From the NCBI GenBank assembly GCA_002269645.1, contig NIVC01000262.1, forward strand, positions 186,001 through 250,000: a DNA stretch of 64,000 nucleotides, given 5' to 3'. Shown here in pieces: positions 48,536-61,277 of this stretch. The stretch's first letter is position 1. Each line of letters begins with the position of its first letter. Source of the stretch: Macrostomum lignano (taxonomy: Eukaryota). The position numbers were made by a program, and so were the translations under genes. Below the pieces are notes generated by a model, which was given only the letters and a program-made list of their open reading frames with translations, ran no database searches and had not been told where the DNA came from.

Positions 48536-49382
48536 GCTGTACCCGGCACGACGTCGCGAAGCTCCATGATCTGCAGCTGCTTGTCAAATAGACCGCCGAA
48601 TATTACATTGTACTCGTAGACAACGCTTGTTGCTTGAGCGAAGCGCAACTCCAACTCAAGCAAAGCAAAGCGGAGTAAAGGGAGTAAAGGGATTAGAAAT
48701 TAGGAGGAAAGGTTTGGGCAAATAAAAAGGTTTGCTAAAAAGCAAAGTTAGAGATAAGACCCCCCAGTAGGGGTACGATCCGTAAATAAAACCGGCGGAG
48801 GCCCGCAACCCCGCCAGCATACATTAGGCTAGCCGTGTATGTACAATGCCAAAACAAGACTTAATTAACAGCCAAAATTATTCCAGTACAATGGCCTGCA
48901 TACAAAGAAGGCCGGGCGTCTGTTTTATGGATGTCTCTGTGCAAGGGCAACCGTGCATGAAGGCGGACGCCCAGACACAGGTCACGCAAGAAGACATCCG
49001 GCACCACGGACCCCACCGAGGGAGTCGCCCGATTCCCAAGGGAATGGCCGGGAGGCGACTACGAGGCAACATCAAGTAGTCGCTGGCCGACACTGCAAAC
49101 GCACCGCATATTTGTCTGGCGCAACCCCAACGGGGTGCCCCCGGAAGCTAAAAAATGATTGGTCACCTCTCATTGGTCAGCGCTCGGCGCGCGCGTGGCG
49201 CCAAGCGCCGTTCAGGCGCCCCGACATGTATGTCGCAGGCGACCTTCCCGACATGTACCTCGACATGTTTCCTATTGGCTCACACCACCTCGCTGGGGCT
49301 GCCTATACAATTAATGTGTCCCCTCTCCAGAGAGCTAAACCTCAATCCTAGCTCTAATACTATACTCTCAGTTGATTCCAAC

Positions 49383-51570
49383 ATGTCCCGCCGAGTTATA
49401 TCCACCCTCTGGGATAATAATCGCCCCTCCGAAGAGTTAACCGCCCTCGACGGTGAAATCCCTGAACATATAGTTCCCCTAGGCACTGAAAACAACGGAA
49501 CTGATAATAGGCGAGCTGATCAATATTTAGCTTGGGCTATGGCCTATGATAGTGACCCCGAGTCTGAAGTTTTCGACCTCCCGCTGTTGGCTATCGGAGG
49601 GGTTGTGAACGGTGCCCCTGTTGCTGCTGCCTCCGATTGCAGCAGCAGCAATCGGAGGTGCCACCTGCAGAAATTGAACCTGCCAATGCATTGGCTGCCC
49701 TGGATGTCAGTCATCGGGAGCTGGTACTGCTGATACCAGACACGCAATCGGCAATGCGCTGGCTCAGTTGTTATGGGCTAATCCGGAACTCTTTGCAGTG
49801 CTAGAACTGCAACATCGCTATGAGCCTACATTGCCACGAAGCTGCTGACTGTAGCGATGGCTGGCGTTGGGCCTGCAAGATGTGTCAGTGACATAGGGCC
49901 ATAAGGACAGGCTCATTCTTTGCCAAGAGTCACCTATCACTGATACAGCTGGTTGATCTCATTTATTTCTTTGCCCGGAACACCAGGGCAACGGATTTTA
50001 TGCGAGAGTGCCACTTTGGGTCGTGGAGTACTACCATAGACTGGCTAAATTTTGTTTGCGACATATGTGCCCAGTACATCCTTGACCATCTGGTGCAGCT
50101 CGGTGGACCAGGTCGAGAAGTCGAGATCGACAAGAGCAAATTTATGCACAGGAAATACCACCAGGGTGCATACAAAGAGGGCCACTGGGTGCTGGGCATG
50201 GTGGAACATGGTACAAACCACTGTGTAATGGTAGTCATTCCAGATCGCTCGGCTAATACTCTGGTTCCTATCATTAACCAGCATATATTACCAGGCACCC
50301 GAGTGATCACTGACCAGTGGGCGGCCTATAATCAACTGGCCAATCATGTTGTAGAGTGTTCTACCTCCCGTTAAAAGTTAAAAGTAAAAACCGTAGAAAC
50401 TACTGTTAAGTAAGCTAGTGCATGCATGCGTACTTAAACCTGAAAATGATGCAAGTTGCTATTTATAGCATATGAATCATGTTCCCATTTATAGCGAATG
50501 AATCATGTTGCTGTTCATGGCGACAGAGTGATTCATGTTGCTATTTATAGCAGCAGGATGATTCATGTTACTATATTTAGTAACAAAATGAGTCATGTTA
50601 CTATTTTCAAACGCAATCAATCTTATTTCCCCTTGTAGCGCAACAAGTGACTCATGAAGAAAAAGTCTATAAATACAAGCGGCCCAACGCGGCACCGGAG
50701 TCATTCTCCCCACGGAAGAGGAGCGCTCCGAAGAGGTGTCTTTAGAAAGACATCCTAGTTAACCAGTCAATCGAGACTCGGTTCGGTTGTTGCGGTAAGC
50801 CTTTCTTATTTGCGCCAGTTGTTGCAAGAGACGTCTCGCTCTAGTCTATTGAGACTCGAGATCATTAAAGTCTATTGAGACTTTTAAGTCTGTTGAGACT
50901 CCCTTGGCTGTAGTCGCCCGAAGGACTACCCTAGTAGATATTAGAGGAGCTACTACAGATATCCGGAGCATTACCTAGAGTGCATCGAGGCACTGCTAGA
51001 AGAAGAAGGCTTAACTGATACCGCTATTCGGCGCAGGGTACCCATTGTTAAATCGAAGCTTCTGATTGGTCCTGACAACCGGCCGGAATCCTGACGACCG
51101 GCCGGAACAACTTCATCGGAAGTAGAAGAATAAGCAGGACCGAACAACAGATTCAATTTGTTAACACTTCCGGAAGACAAGGAGAGAGACCTACACGAGA
51201 TCTACTGAGAGAACAAAGGAGATATCTCACCAGGAATCAGGGTAATTGAATACATTCATTTGATTACTGGGTTGCCTAGCTAAAGAGCTAGAAGTGATTG
51301 TTCCTTGATTATCCAAGGACTGGTAATAAGGAACACATCAATATGACCATTAATCACTCTATCTGGTTTGTTGACCCTAATGATCCTACCATCCATACAA
51401 ACACCATTGAGGGTACATGGGCTAACTGCAAGGCTAAGTACTGGGGGATGCATGGTACTGCGAATGGCCTGTTCGAGATGTACCCACAAGAGTTTTTATG
51501 GCGCCGGCTGTTCCAAGAGCGTCAATTCGGGAACATGTTGTATTGGATATGCCATTATTATCCATGTTAA
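49383..51570 (+). pseudogene. Merlin (IS1595/ISXO2-like) transposase, split by a solo LTR
   Basis: LGGPGREVEIDKSKF..RKY..G....WVLGMVE, DRSANTL.PII..HILPGT.VITDQWAAY. After removing the LTR it reads ANHMTINHSIWFVDP..IHTNTIEGTW. The catalytic DES motif is mutated to DKS and the 5' part is frameshifted. Confidence 0.88.
50350..51340 (+). repeat. Solo LTR, 991 bp
   Basis: TGTAGAG...ACATCA, with a 4-bp TSD carrying one mismatch (ATGT/ATAT). Removing it restores the Merlin frame. Internal ~28-bp tandem repeats at ~50445-50610 and a TATAAATA. Confidence 0.75.
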
Positions 51571-52632
51571 CTGTTGTGACTATCATGAGTGACTATTATA
51601 TAAGTTTATCATCATTTCTTATCTTATTCTTGCTGTGCCGCAATTTTTAGTGTCCCAAATCTATTCTCAGTGTCATAAATCATAGATACTCGTGGTAGGA
51701 TCTCTGGTAGGATACTATAAGTAGTATGAGGGGAACATGTGCACTATAGTTTCGGGACATGCACTAGCATAATGTTGTAAGGTTGCAATTTATCATTATA
51801 GTTTCAAGATGGCCCAAAGAAATGGTCTTTTTCCACTGACACGTCTGATTTCTTTTCCAGATGGAATCTGCTAACATTAATGCTGCACCCGCCGCCCCCG
51901 CTGCCGCCTCCCCGCCGTCGCCCCCCCCCCTCCGCCGCCGCCCCGGCTGAGACGGCTACGAAGCGGGGGTTGCGGCTGTTGCGCTAATGTTGAGCGCTAA
52001 TGCGGTTTTACGAGCTAATAAACATTTTAATTTTAATAATATATTAAAATTAAATAAATATTAATATAATTTTTATAATAATAAAAAGAATATTTTATTA
52101 ATATAATAATAATGTAATGTAATAATAATGTAATAATAATAATAATGTAATAATGTGTATCTGTCTAATAATCTATCTGTAATATTAATAATGATAATAA
52201 TAGTAAATAATAATAATAAAATATTAATAATATTAATAATTTTGGATAGAAAATCTTGCGCTACAATTTCTTCCTTATTTAATGATTATACCATTTGATC
52301 ATGATCAAATGAGTTTACAACAGTAGAGCTCAGTTGTAGAGGTTTCAGAAAAGTGTCATTATCAGCCAATAGGCTTGGCAGGCTGTAATAAGTTAAACAA
52401 CAGCATTGCACACTGGTCCAATTTTTATTAAAAGATAGTACTTAGGAATGCTGTTCAATGCAACCAATTGAGTTCAATTTCAGCACCCCAGCAGCCTGGC
52501 TGCCTAGCCGTGTTTTCGCCACTCGACGTTCTAATACTTGGTGGCGGTGCTTAGCGAGTTATTGCATCTTGCGACAACAGATAAGCACATTTCATCCATA
52601 ATTGACTCGTTCTGAATTGAAAATAAAGTTAT

Positions 52633-53270
52633 CCTGCTGCAACGCCGAGTGGGCCGCCGCCAGCCAAAGCGTCACCTCAGCATCTTGGACTACGCCGATG
52701 ATCTCGCCCTGCTGTCCTCAACCGTCGAGGGCGCCCAACGTCAGCTGGACTGTCTGGTTGGCATTGCTGCGAGCGTCGGCCTGGTGATCAACACGCAAAA
52801 GACCGTCGTGCTCACCATGCCCACCAACATCCAAGCCGACATCTACTGCCGAGGCGCTGATGGGCAGGCAATGCTGCTGCCGCGCGTTCAGCAGTTCGTG
52901 TACCTCGGCGGCCTGGTACCCGACGCCTTTGACGACCTGAGGCATTGCCGTGGACTCGCTTGGGCGGCCTTCAACTCCATGAGAACCGTCCTGCACTCTG
53001 CGGCCCTGCCAGACTGCCAGCGCTCAGCGTTGTTCTAGGCGTTGATCGAGACCGTCCTGCTTTACAACGCTGAAACATGGACGCTGACGGAAACGCTCAA
53101 GTGACAGGTCGACGCGGCGCACGCCGGCCTGCTGCGCGCTGCCTTCAAGATCGGCGGCGGCGAGCATGTCACTAGCGCGGCGCTGTACGCCCGAGCTCGC
53201 CTGGCCCGCCCCAGCGATCTGCTTCGCCGCCGGCGGCTCCAGTGCTGCTGGCCATGCAGCAGACAAGATT
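52633..53270 (+). pseudogene. RTE-like non-LTR reverse transcriptase fragment
   Basis: LDYADDLALLS...GLVINTQKT...FVYLGG...ETVLLYNAETWTL...RRRLQ; contains stops. Confidence 0.85.
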
Positions 53271-53326
53271 TCGCGCCATCTTGACAGTTAGTGTTCAACA
53301 ATGCCAATATGACAATGCCAATATGT

Positions 53327-53672
53327 CCCAAATCTATTCTCAGTGTCCTAAATATTTTCACTGTGTATTAAGTCTATTCTCAGTGTCCTGAATCTATTCT
53401 CAGTGTCCCAAATCTATTCTCAGTGTCTCAAATCTATTCTCAGTGTCATAAATCATTTTTCAGTGTCCCAAATCTATTCTCAGTGTCATAAATCTATTCT
53501 CAGTGTCCCAAATCTATTCTCAGTGTCATAAATCGTTTCTCAGTGTCCCAAATCTATTCTCAGTGTCTCAAATCTATTCTTAGTGTCTTAAATCTATTCT
53601 CAGTGTCCTGAATCTATTCTTAGTATCCCAAATCTATTCTCAGTGTCTCAAATCTATTCTCAGTGTCATAAA
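53327..53672. repeat. 20-bp tandem minisatellite (AAATCTATTCTCAGTGTCCC-like), ~16-17 copies
   Basis: Directly adjacent units with small variants; a single related unit occurs at ~51650-51675. Confidence 0.95.
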
Positions 53673-54033
53673 TCATAGATAGTAGATAGTAGATAGTAGG
53701 ATAGTATCCTACTAATAGATAGTAGATAGTAGATTCTCTAGTACGATACTATAAGTAGTATGAGGGGAACATGTGCACTATAGTTTAGGGACATACACTA
53801 GCATAATGTTGTAAGGTCGCAATTTATCATTATATTTTAAAGATGGCCCGAAGAAATGGTCCTTTTCCACTCACACGTATGATTTCTTTTCCAGATGGAC
53901 ATTGCTTTCCAGCAAGAAGGGGGCCCGCATCCGCCCCCGCCGCCACCGCCTTGCCGGCTGAGGCGACTGCGTAGCGGCCGGCTGCGGCTACTTTGAGCAG
54001 AAGAGCAGAACTTTGAGCAGGGCTGGGCTACAA

Positions 54034-54168
54034 ATCTGATTGTAGGGAAAGTTTGTATATATAGATAGATATAGATGAATAAAAATTTTACTGTTTAAGA
54101 CATTTGAAATTAATTATTTAGACAGGCAGACAGACAGACAGACAGACAAACTTTCCCTACAATCAGAT
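54034..54168. repeat. 23-bp perfect inverted repeat enclosing (CAGA)n and AT/GA microsatellites
   Basis: ATCTGATTGTAGGGAAAGTTTGT (54034-54056) and ACAAACTTTCCCTACAATCAGAT (54146-54168). Confidence 0.85.
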
Positions 54169-54253
54169 ATGAACCCTCGGGTCGGAATTAATAATTGAAA
54201 TAATTAAATAATAATTTATTAATTTAATTTAATAATTTAATTTAATTTAATTT

Positions 54254-54930
54254 TTCCTGCTGCAACGCCGAGTGGGCCGCCGCCAGCCAAAGCGTCGCCT
54301 TAGCATCCTGGGCGCCGATGATCTCGCCCTGCTGTCCTCAACTGTCGAGGGCGCCCAATGTCAGCTAGACTGTCTGGTTGGCATTGCTGCGAGCGACGGC
54401 CTGGTGATCAACATGCAAAAGATCATCGTGCTCACTATGCCCACCAACATCCAAGCCAACATCTACTGCCAAGGCGCTGATGGGCAGGCAATGCTGCTGC
54501 CGCGCGTTCAGCAGTTCGTGTACCCCGGCGGCTTGGTACCCGACGCCTTTGACGACCTGAGGCGTTGCTGTGGACTCGCTTGGGTGGCCTACTCAATTTG
54601 AGTTGCTTAGCTAAAGAGCTAGAAGTGATTGTTCCTTGATTATCCATATGACCATTAATCACTCTATCTGGTTTGTTGACCCCAATGATCCTACCATCCA
54701 TACAAACACCATTGAGGGTGCATAGGCTAACTGCAAGGCTAAGTACTAGGCGATGCATGGTACTGCGGATGGCCTGTTCGAGATGTACCCACAAGAGTTT
54801 TTATGGTGCCGGCTGTTCCAAGAGTGTCAATTCGGGAACATGTTGTATTGGATATGCCATTATTATCCATGTTAACTGTTGTGACTATCATGAGTGACTA
54901 TTATATAAGTTTATTGTCATTTCTTATTCT
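54254..54930 (+). pseudogene. Duplicated RTE fragment joined to a duplicated LTR-end/Merlin 3' fragment
   Basis: 54254-54597 matches 52633-52975; 54601-54930 matches ~51270-51640. Confidence 0.88.
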
Positions 54931-55693
54931 TGCTGCGCTGCAATTTTTTGAAAAATAATTATAAGCAGAAAACTGTAGGATTGCCTAGATTTATAGGGGG
55001 TGCATATCAAATAAATGAATGAACAAACAAGTGAGCAAAGTGAATGAGAGAGTGATTGAATGAATGTACCAACAAAGGAGAGTATATGGCCTACCCCTAT
55101 AAATCTATTGACTACTAATATGCTACATAGCTTGCACTTTAATAGCTTTTCTATTATATGCAGATTGAAGTATATACGTACTAAAATAATTTCTGTCAAG
55201 TGTCACTGAATCTTTTGCTGCACATTATGCATTTAAAATGGCTTTAAAATGGCATTTTAGCTAGATGTAGTCTTAGTCTAAAGTCTTGAGCAAGGTTGCT
55301 ATTGTAACTAAACCTCTTGCCATATACCTTGCACTCATCTGAGACTAGGTATGCACATAAAGCTGAGATGCCGCTAAGAAGTACTTTTTTACAATGCTTG
55401 CACCTTTTTTCCTGTGCACTACACTGAGCTTTGAGATGGCTTTTACTGGTGAACTTTTTCTGCCAAGTGTTGCATACAACTTACAAGTTTGATTGCATGA
55501 TATTTTTTATAAAGTTATATATTTGTCAAAAGGCTTAGGCTAATAACCTTAATTTTACTCAAAGAAATAGACTATATATATGACTGTATAAGTAGGTACA
55601 TGTCTAAGACTGCCACACATTTTACTAGTCGGCAGTGCTTATCCCCATGGTACTGTAGGAATAATTTCTGTCTTATTCCAATTTCCAACAGTA

Positions 55694-56174
55694 CCGTGGG
55701 GATAATTTTCTGCTTATCCGCACGGCACATTGACGAGATAGCTACCCCATCTTCTACATATGCCGTGGGAATAATTTTCTGCTTATCCGCACGGGTGAAT
55801 TGTTGAAGCAATGCAATAATCTATACAAACAAATTGAGAATTTACATGTCTAGTAAGAAGTCTACAGAAGCAGCGGCAATGGACTTTTCGGGGATGTCGG
55901 GATTAGACTAGTTGCTAAAAGTTCTTAAATTGTAAACAATTACTAGAGCAATTCATCTTAAATCATATGTCATAAATACAAAAAAGTGTTTTTTTGTGTA
56001 AAAAGGCCATTAAATCTTTACTTCTAAAAAAATAATGGCCAAGCAAAGTTATGTTGTTATACTGCACTCAAACTGTAAGTACTAAACTAAATTATGAACC
56101 CACGGCATATGTAGAAGATGGGATAGCTATCTCGTCAGTGTGCCATGCGGATAAGCAGAAAATTATCCCCACGG
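55694..56174. repeat. Foldback insert with ~76-bp inverted repeats inside the left TIR
   Basis: 55694-55769 is the near reverse complement of 56099-56174. The repeats contain GGATAATTTTCTGCTTATCC, which resembles the host TIR motif. Confidence 0.8.
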
Positions 56175-56946
56175 GACGGTACCATTGGAATAGGCATTCT
56201 GGTGAGGTTTTTGAAGTTCTAAGATTAACTTTTTTTTTTCTTAGATAGAGCATATATGTATGAGTAAAAGGACACCTCATTTTTGAAAATTGGTCAAATA
56301 ATAAAAAAGTTATGACATTTTAATTTTTTTATTTTTTGTCCCCTTTGTAATGTATTTTTCCCATAAGGCTCTGTGACACTTTTTCACGAAACTATCACAT
56401 TTTTTTACTTTAAATTGGCATAACTTTTTTTCTACTAGATGATTTTTTTTCAGCAAGGTGTCATTTTTTTGCTTCTTTCTCATTCTATACAATGATTATG
56501 TCCATGTTGTTTGGTTTAAATTTTGTTATAAATAAACTACTGGGAAGTATGACATAACATTGATATTTGTGGAGAAAAAATGATTTATAAAGAATGTGTA
56601 GGATTTTTTATTGGATTTTTTACCTACTTTTTATATTTCTATCATCTCAGCCTTACAAGTTCCTTCTAGAGTGCATTAATACCTTTAATTAATGCATTAG
56701 ATAATTATTAATTAATGAATTAATTAGTGAATTAATGTGTAATAAATGAATTATTTGATTAATAATATACTTATACACATCCATAGGCAATATAACTCAA
56801 GTGCAGCTTGGACATAGTACTCAGGATATAGTTATGGTCACATTGACATGTCAATTGAAAATAGTATAATGAAAGTACTCATTGAACCAGTTCTTGTCTT
56901 CATTACAGCTGAATTCCGATTTTAACTTCGTCAATATTCAATCACC

Positions 56947-59900
56947 ATGTCTGACTCTGAGTCAGCTAACCAGCTAACCCAGGGCCAGGTTACTGTACAA
57001 GCTGCACTGGATGTTCTCAAGTGCAGCAACCTGGAGATGCTTCTTCAGATGCTTGGCATCAGTGGCGAGACTGGTGGCGGTGCTGTGAAGCCCAACTCGG
57101 TTGTGAAGCGCATCCAGCGCCTGAAGGTCCAGCTCGCCAGGCTCAAGAAGAATGGACAGCGAGGGGCTGCTGAAGTTCAAGCATTGCTGGACAGCCCATT
57201 TCTGACTGTGTCAATGCCAGCAGCTGCTGCACAACCTGGGCCATCTGCAGCCTTGCCCTCAGGCTCTGGTGCTGGTCCTCCAGCGTCATCCACCAGTGGC
57301 AGTGTCGGAGCTGACACTGCAGCTGTCACTGTAAGCAGTGCTGCTGATGTTGCCACAGTCAGCACTCCTTGCCAACTTCGTGTGCTGCTGCCTGGCACTG
57401 CCGCTGACGAGGCAACACTAAGAAGATCAACGTCATGTGCCAGTCCAGCGCTGTTGATTAAGCGACAGCGGCTGGATTTGTCGTCGGAGATGCTGGCACA
57501 AGAACTGTCAGGTGCAAAGGTAATTCTTTCCACTTCAATAATAATAGACTTTACTTCAATAATTAATTAATAAAAATGGCTCCTGATTTTGAACAGTGAA
57601 CTACTGATGCTCTGAGACCCTACCCATTTAAAACTGTTTTCTACACTACAGTCTGCAAGCTTCGATCTTTCGTCTGAGGTCGCCAAGCTCCTCAAGGTGG
57701 TCGAGCAGAAGGATGGCGAGATTGCACGTCTAAGAGGTGCGCTGCAACGACGGCCAACAGCGCGAGTGTTGAAGCAGCGCCTGAAGAGGTACCAAGACCG
57801 CCTGCATTCTGCCAAGTGTCAGGCTGCCACTGCAATGGCGGCCGCTGGAACTGCGCAGCGCCAAGCGGCAAAAAATTCGCATGACGTGGTGACTGCTCAT
57901 GCATTTGGCCGGCTTCGCCGGCTGAACACAACACTCGAAGTGCAGCTCAAGGAGCTGAGACGGCAGGTGCAGCGCTTTCTGGGCATCGAGCGCAGGCTGA
58001 AGTTTGCCAGATCAACAATTTCAGCACTTCGGAATGACATACGCAAGGTGCATATTGCGCTTGGTGAGGCCAATGAGAAGCTACTGCAAGCTCAGCAGCC
58101 TAAACCACACGTCATTGCGACGATGGAGACCCGCCCAGCTGATGAAGGCTGCCAGGCTCTCGGTGGGCGTCGGTACACGCGCCCAGTGATCGAAGCATGT
58201 GTGCACTTGGTGCTGGCGAACCATGTGCCAGTTAAACACGTGCCTTGCGCCATCCGCACAGTCCTTGGGACTATTGCCGAATTTAACGTTGCCAACCTTC
58301 TCCTGCCATGTCCATCGCACATCAGCATGATAACCTATGCAGTTGGCAACACCCTCGCCAAGACCGCAGCGATGGAGGAGATTCTGGGGGCGGTCGCTGA
58401 CGACCGAGGCACGTCACTGAAGACCGACGGGACGTCGAAGAAGGGCCTCCACTTCGCAGAATATGAGGTTAGTGTTGTACTTTTGCTGTGATCACTGATC
58501 AGGGCAACTGAATAGTGGATTAGCATTTGAATTTAATTGACAGCTGTCAGCAACTTTTTTGTTTTTTATAGTCCTGATCAACTTTTAGAGTTTCTGTCCT
58601 CCATTTTATTTTCATTTCCTTTTCCAACTTTTACAATGACAGGTTGACACTGGTGACGGTCGCCAGTACACTCTCGGCGTTCGCGAGGTGGAGGGCGGTA
58701 CGGCTGCAATGTACGCACGCGAACTTGACGGTGCCGTCGACGACATGATTGACGCATACGTGGCACTGAAGCTGCCGGCGTCCAGTGCCGAAGAACGGCT
58801 CCAGCTGAAGGCGACGCTTCTTCTGCGACTCCGGTTCATCATGACGGACCGTCACGTGGTGAACCGCAGCCTGCGTGTGATGCTGGATGAGATGCGAACC
58901 GCCCTAGCTGATCAGGTCGGCGAAGATGCTCCAGAGCCAGTGGTACCGTTGTACTGCGGCATGCATCTCATTGTTAACCTGGCAGCTGCTTCTGAGTCTG
59001 CGCTGCGTGAATTTGAAGCCTGCGTGTCTGTTGCACCAATTGGGGCTGCCGCTTTGCCAGGTTTTCACCCATCAAAGACCGAGTCTGGCACACAGCGCCT
59101 GGTGCGCACAGCCTGCAAGGCGCTTCACCGGAATGGCAACGAGCAGTGTGGCGTTGCTGGGCCTTTCGAGGCATTCATGAGTTCGAGACCCAGAGGAAGG
59201 TTCACCATGGAGGACTTTCGTGGCAACAGGTAAGTTTTTATTTTTTGTGTACTGTTTAAGTAGGTAATGTTTCGTACTACTTTAGTACTTATACTGATGT
59301 AAAAAGGTTCTTACGTGAAAAAGATATGAAAAAGTCTTATGTGAAAAAGCTGTTTTTTTTTCCAACAATTCACAGGGCTTATGTTCTGTTTCCCAATGGC
59401 GGCAGCCTGTTCTGGCAGCGCGAGGACATCGCACAGTTTCTGGTGCAGTATCCCGCCAGCAACCGCCTGCTGTTTGCTGTTCAGGCAGACATCAGCTCTC
59501 GAGTCCTCCTGGCTGGCTGTCGAGCTCTAGGGTTCCTCGACCTCATCCTGCTCCGGCCTCTCTGGTTGCTGCTACGTAGCAAACGTGTCTCGATTGTCGA
59601 CATGAACGAGAAGTACGAAGTTCTCTGCCAATGGCTGCGCTCCATTGCTCTGGCACCTGACTTCGACACAACGCAGTCAACATCTGGTCCTTTTCCCGAG
59701 CTGATGCCGCAAGTTTTACTTGGTGCAGAGGCCCAGGCCATCTGGGAGTGCGTCACGTCCGAGGAGCTGCTGGAGGCAGACAACGTCCTGACTTCCCAGG
59801 CAGTGAAGGTTGGTTTATATACCTGGATTGCTGTACTGCTGAATGATTGCATAGTGAATTAATGGAAACCTGCGTGTATGCATGCCATTTGAAAGAATGC

Positions 59901-61277
59901 TCACAGATGGCCTCACAAACATAAAAAATAATACAGTCTACAAATACGATTATTATTGCGTGTGTCTCACGAAAATGTTATTTTCTCTTTATTTTCTCAT
60001 TTCAGACTATGTGTGCATTCATGGCCATCCTTGTCGAGCGCGAGGTGAGCGACCATTTGCCTGGAGGCCTCCTTCGCAATCTTTCGGACAAGGACGCTCA
60101 GCTTGCTGCCTCAGCACCGAAGGACAATGTGTCCGGAGAGCGTGCATTCGGCAAGCTTGACTACGGCATCCGTGACAAGCCGAATATGCGGCCGCTCGCA
60201 AGAGAGTCGCTTGTCATCTTTGGCCAGAATGCAACCGCCAGTTGGCTGAGTGAGAAGTCGACGCAGGAGCGCAACACTCTTTTTGACCGAGCTCGGGCCA
60301 TGTCCCAGAAGCTGGAGAAGCGGTGGCGTGATCAAGGCCAGGTGATCAAGGAGTACCGCCAGGCTATTCTGCAGCAGCGCTTTGCCACAAAGCAGAACAA
60401 GGAGGAGGCCCGAGCGCGTAATCTCCGGAAGGTGTACCGCGAGGCCGGCGACTATGGTGGACTTTGGGCGACTGAGCAGCAGTTGGTGCAGACTGCAGAG
60501 GCTCTCCCATCGACTGAGCTGGAGCTGGCTCTGAAGGCCCAGTTGCGCCTTCATCGAGCAATGAGTAAATAAAATTCTGCTCTGTCAATGCAATGTTGCA
60601 GTTAGATGTTTAAAAACTTACAGTTACACTTGCAAGTTGCATACAAATACAATAGATGTTATTACTCTCAACTTTTTTTCAACACAGAGACTCCGCTGCC
60701 GGCTGGCAAGAGTGGCCTGCTCAACTTCAGCTCACGTGGCGTCAAGCGTACGCTGAAGCAGCTCCAGGAGCAAGTCTCCGAGCTCATCACCATCGTCAGC
60801 GCATCAGATGCCAAGACCAACGCCGAGTCAGAGGTAGTCACTGAGGCCGAGGGCGAAATTCTCCCAACTGCCAACTGTGCAGCGAAGATCAGCGAGCTCG
60901 TGGCAAAGAAGCTGCAACCTCCTGCTCCCCGGCAGCCAAACAGACCGAATCGCGGACAGCGGCAGCAAACTGAAGGTCGTGGTCGTGAAAAGGAGACTGA
61001 CAGCGATCGTGTGGTACACAATGAGGAGGACGTGCAACGCACACTGAGCAACATCCCGGAGCTCGTCGGCACGAGAGTTGAAGTACTCTTCAGCTACACT
61101 GATGGGGACCAGTGGGAGGAGGGTGCTGTTGTACGGCAGCTCCCAGCAGCCCGTGGTAGCCGGGACTTTCTGGACCGCCGGTTCACAATTGTCTTCGACA
61201 ACTACCCCAACGAGCACTTTGAGTACGATCTGTATAAAGATTGGCTGGGGTCCACACTCAATGTTCTCTCCGATTGA
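56947..61277 (+). CDS. DDE transposase, 6 exons, 1185 aa, intact, with C-terminal Spindlin/Tudor-like domain
   Basis: Exons 56947-57519, 57652-58467, 58643-59229, 59376-59808, 60006-60564 and 60688-61277; GT-AG, phase-compatible, no stops. Coiled-coil N-half; KTDGTSKK, MTDRHVVN, CGMH, FRGNR, SGERAFGKLD motifs; C-terminus LVGTRVEVLF...WEEGAVV...FTIVFD...YDLYKDW. Confidence 0.85.

Noticed and set aside
53327-53672. 20-bp repeat array as a CRISPR array
   Set aside because: Units are directly adjacent with no unique spacers, there are no cas genes, and the context is eukaryotic; it is a minisatellite.
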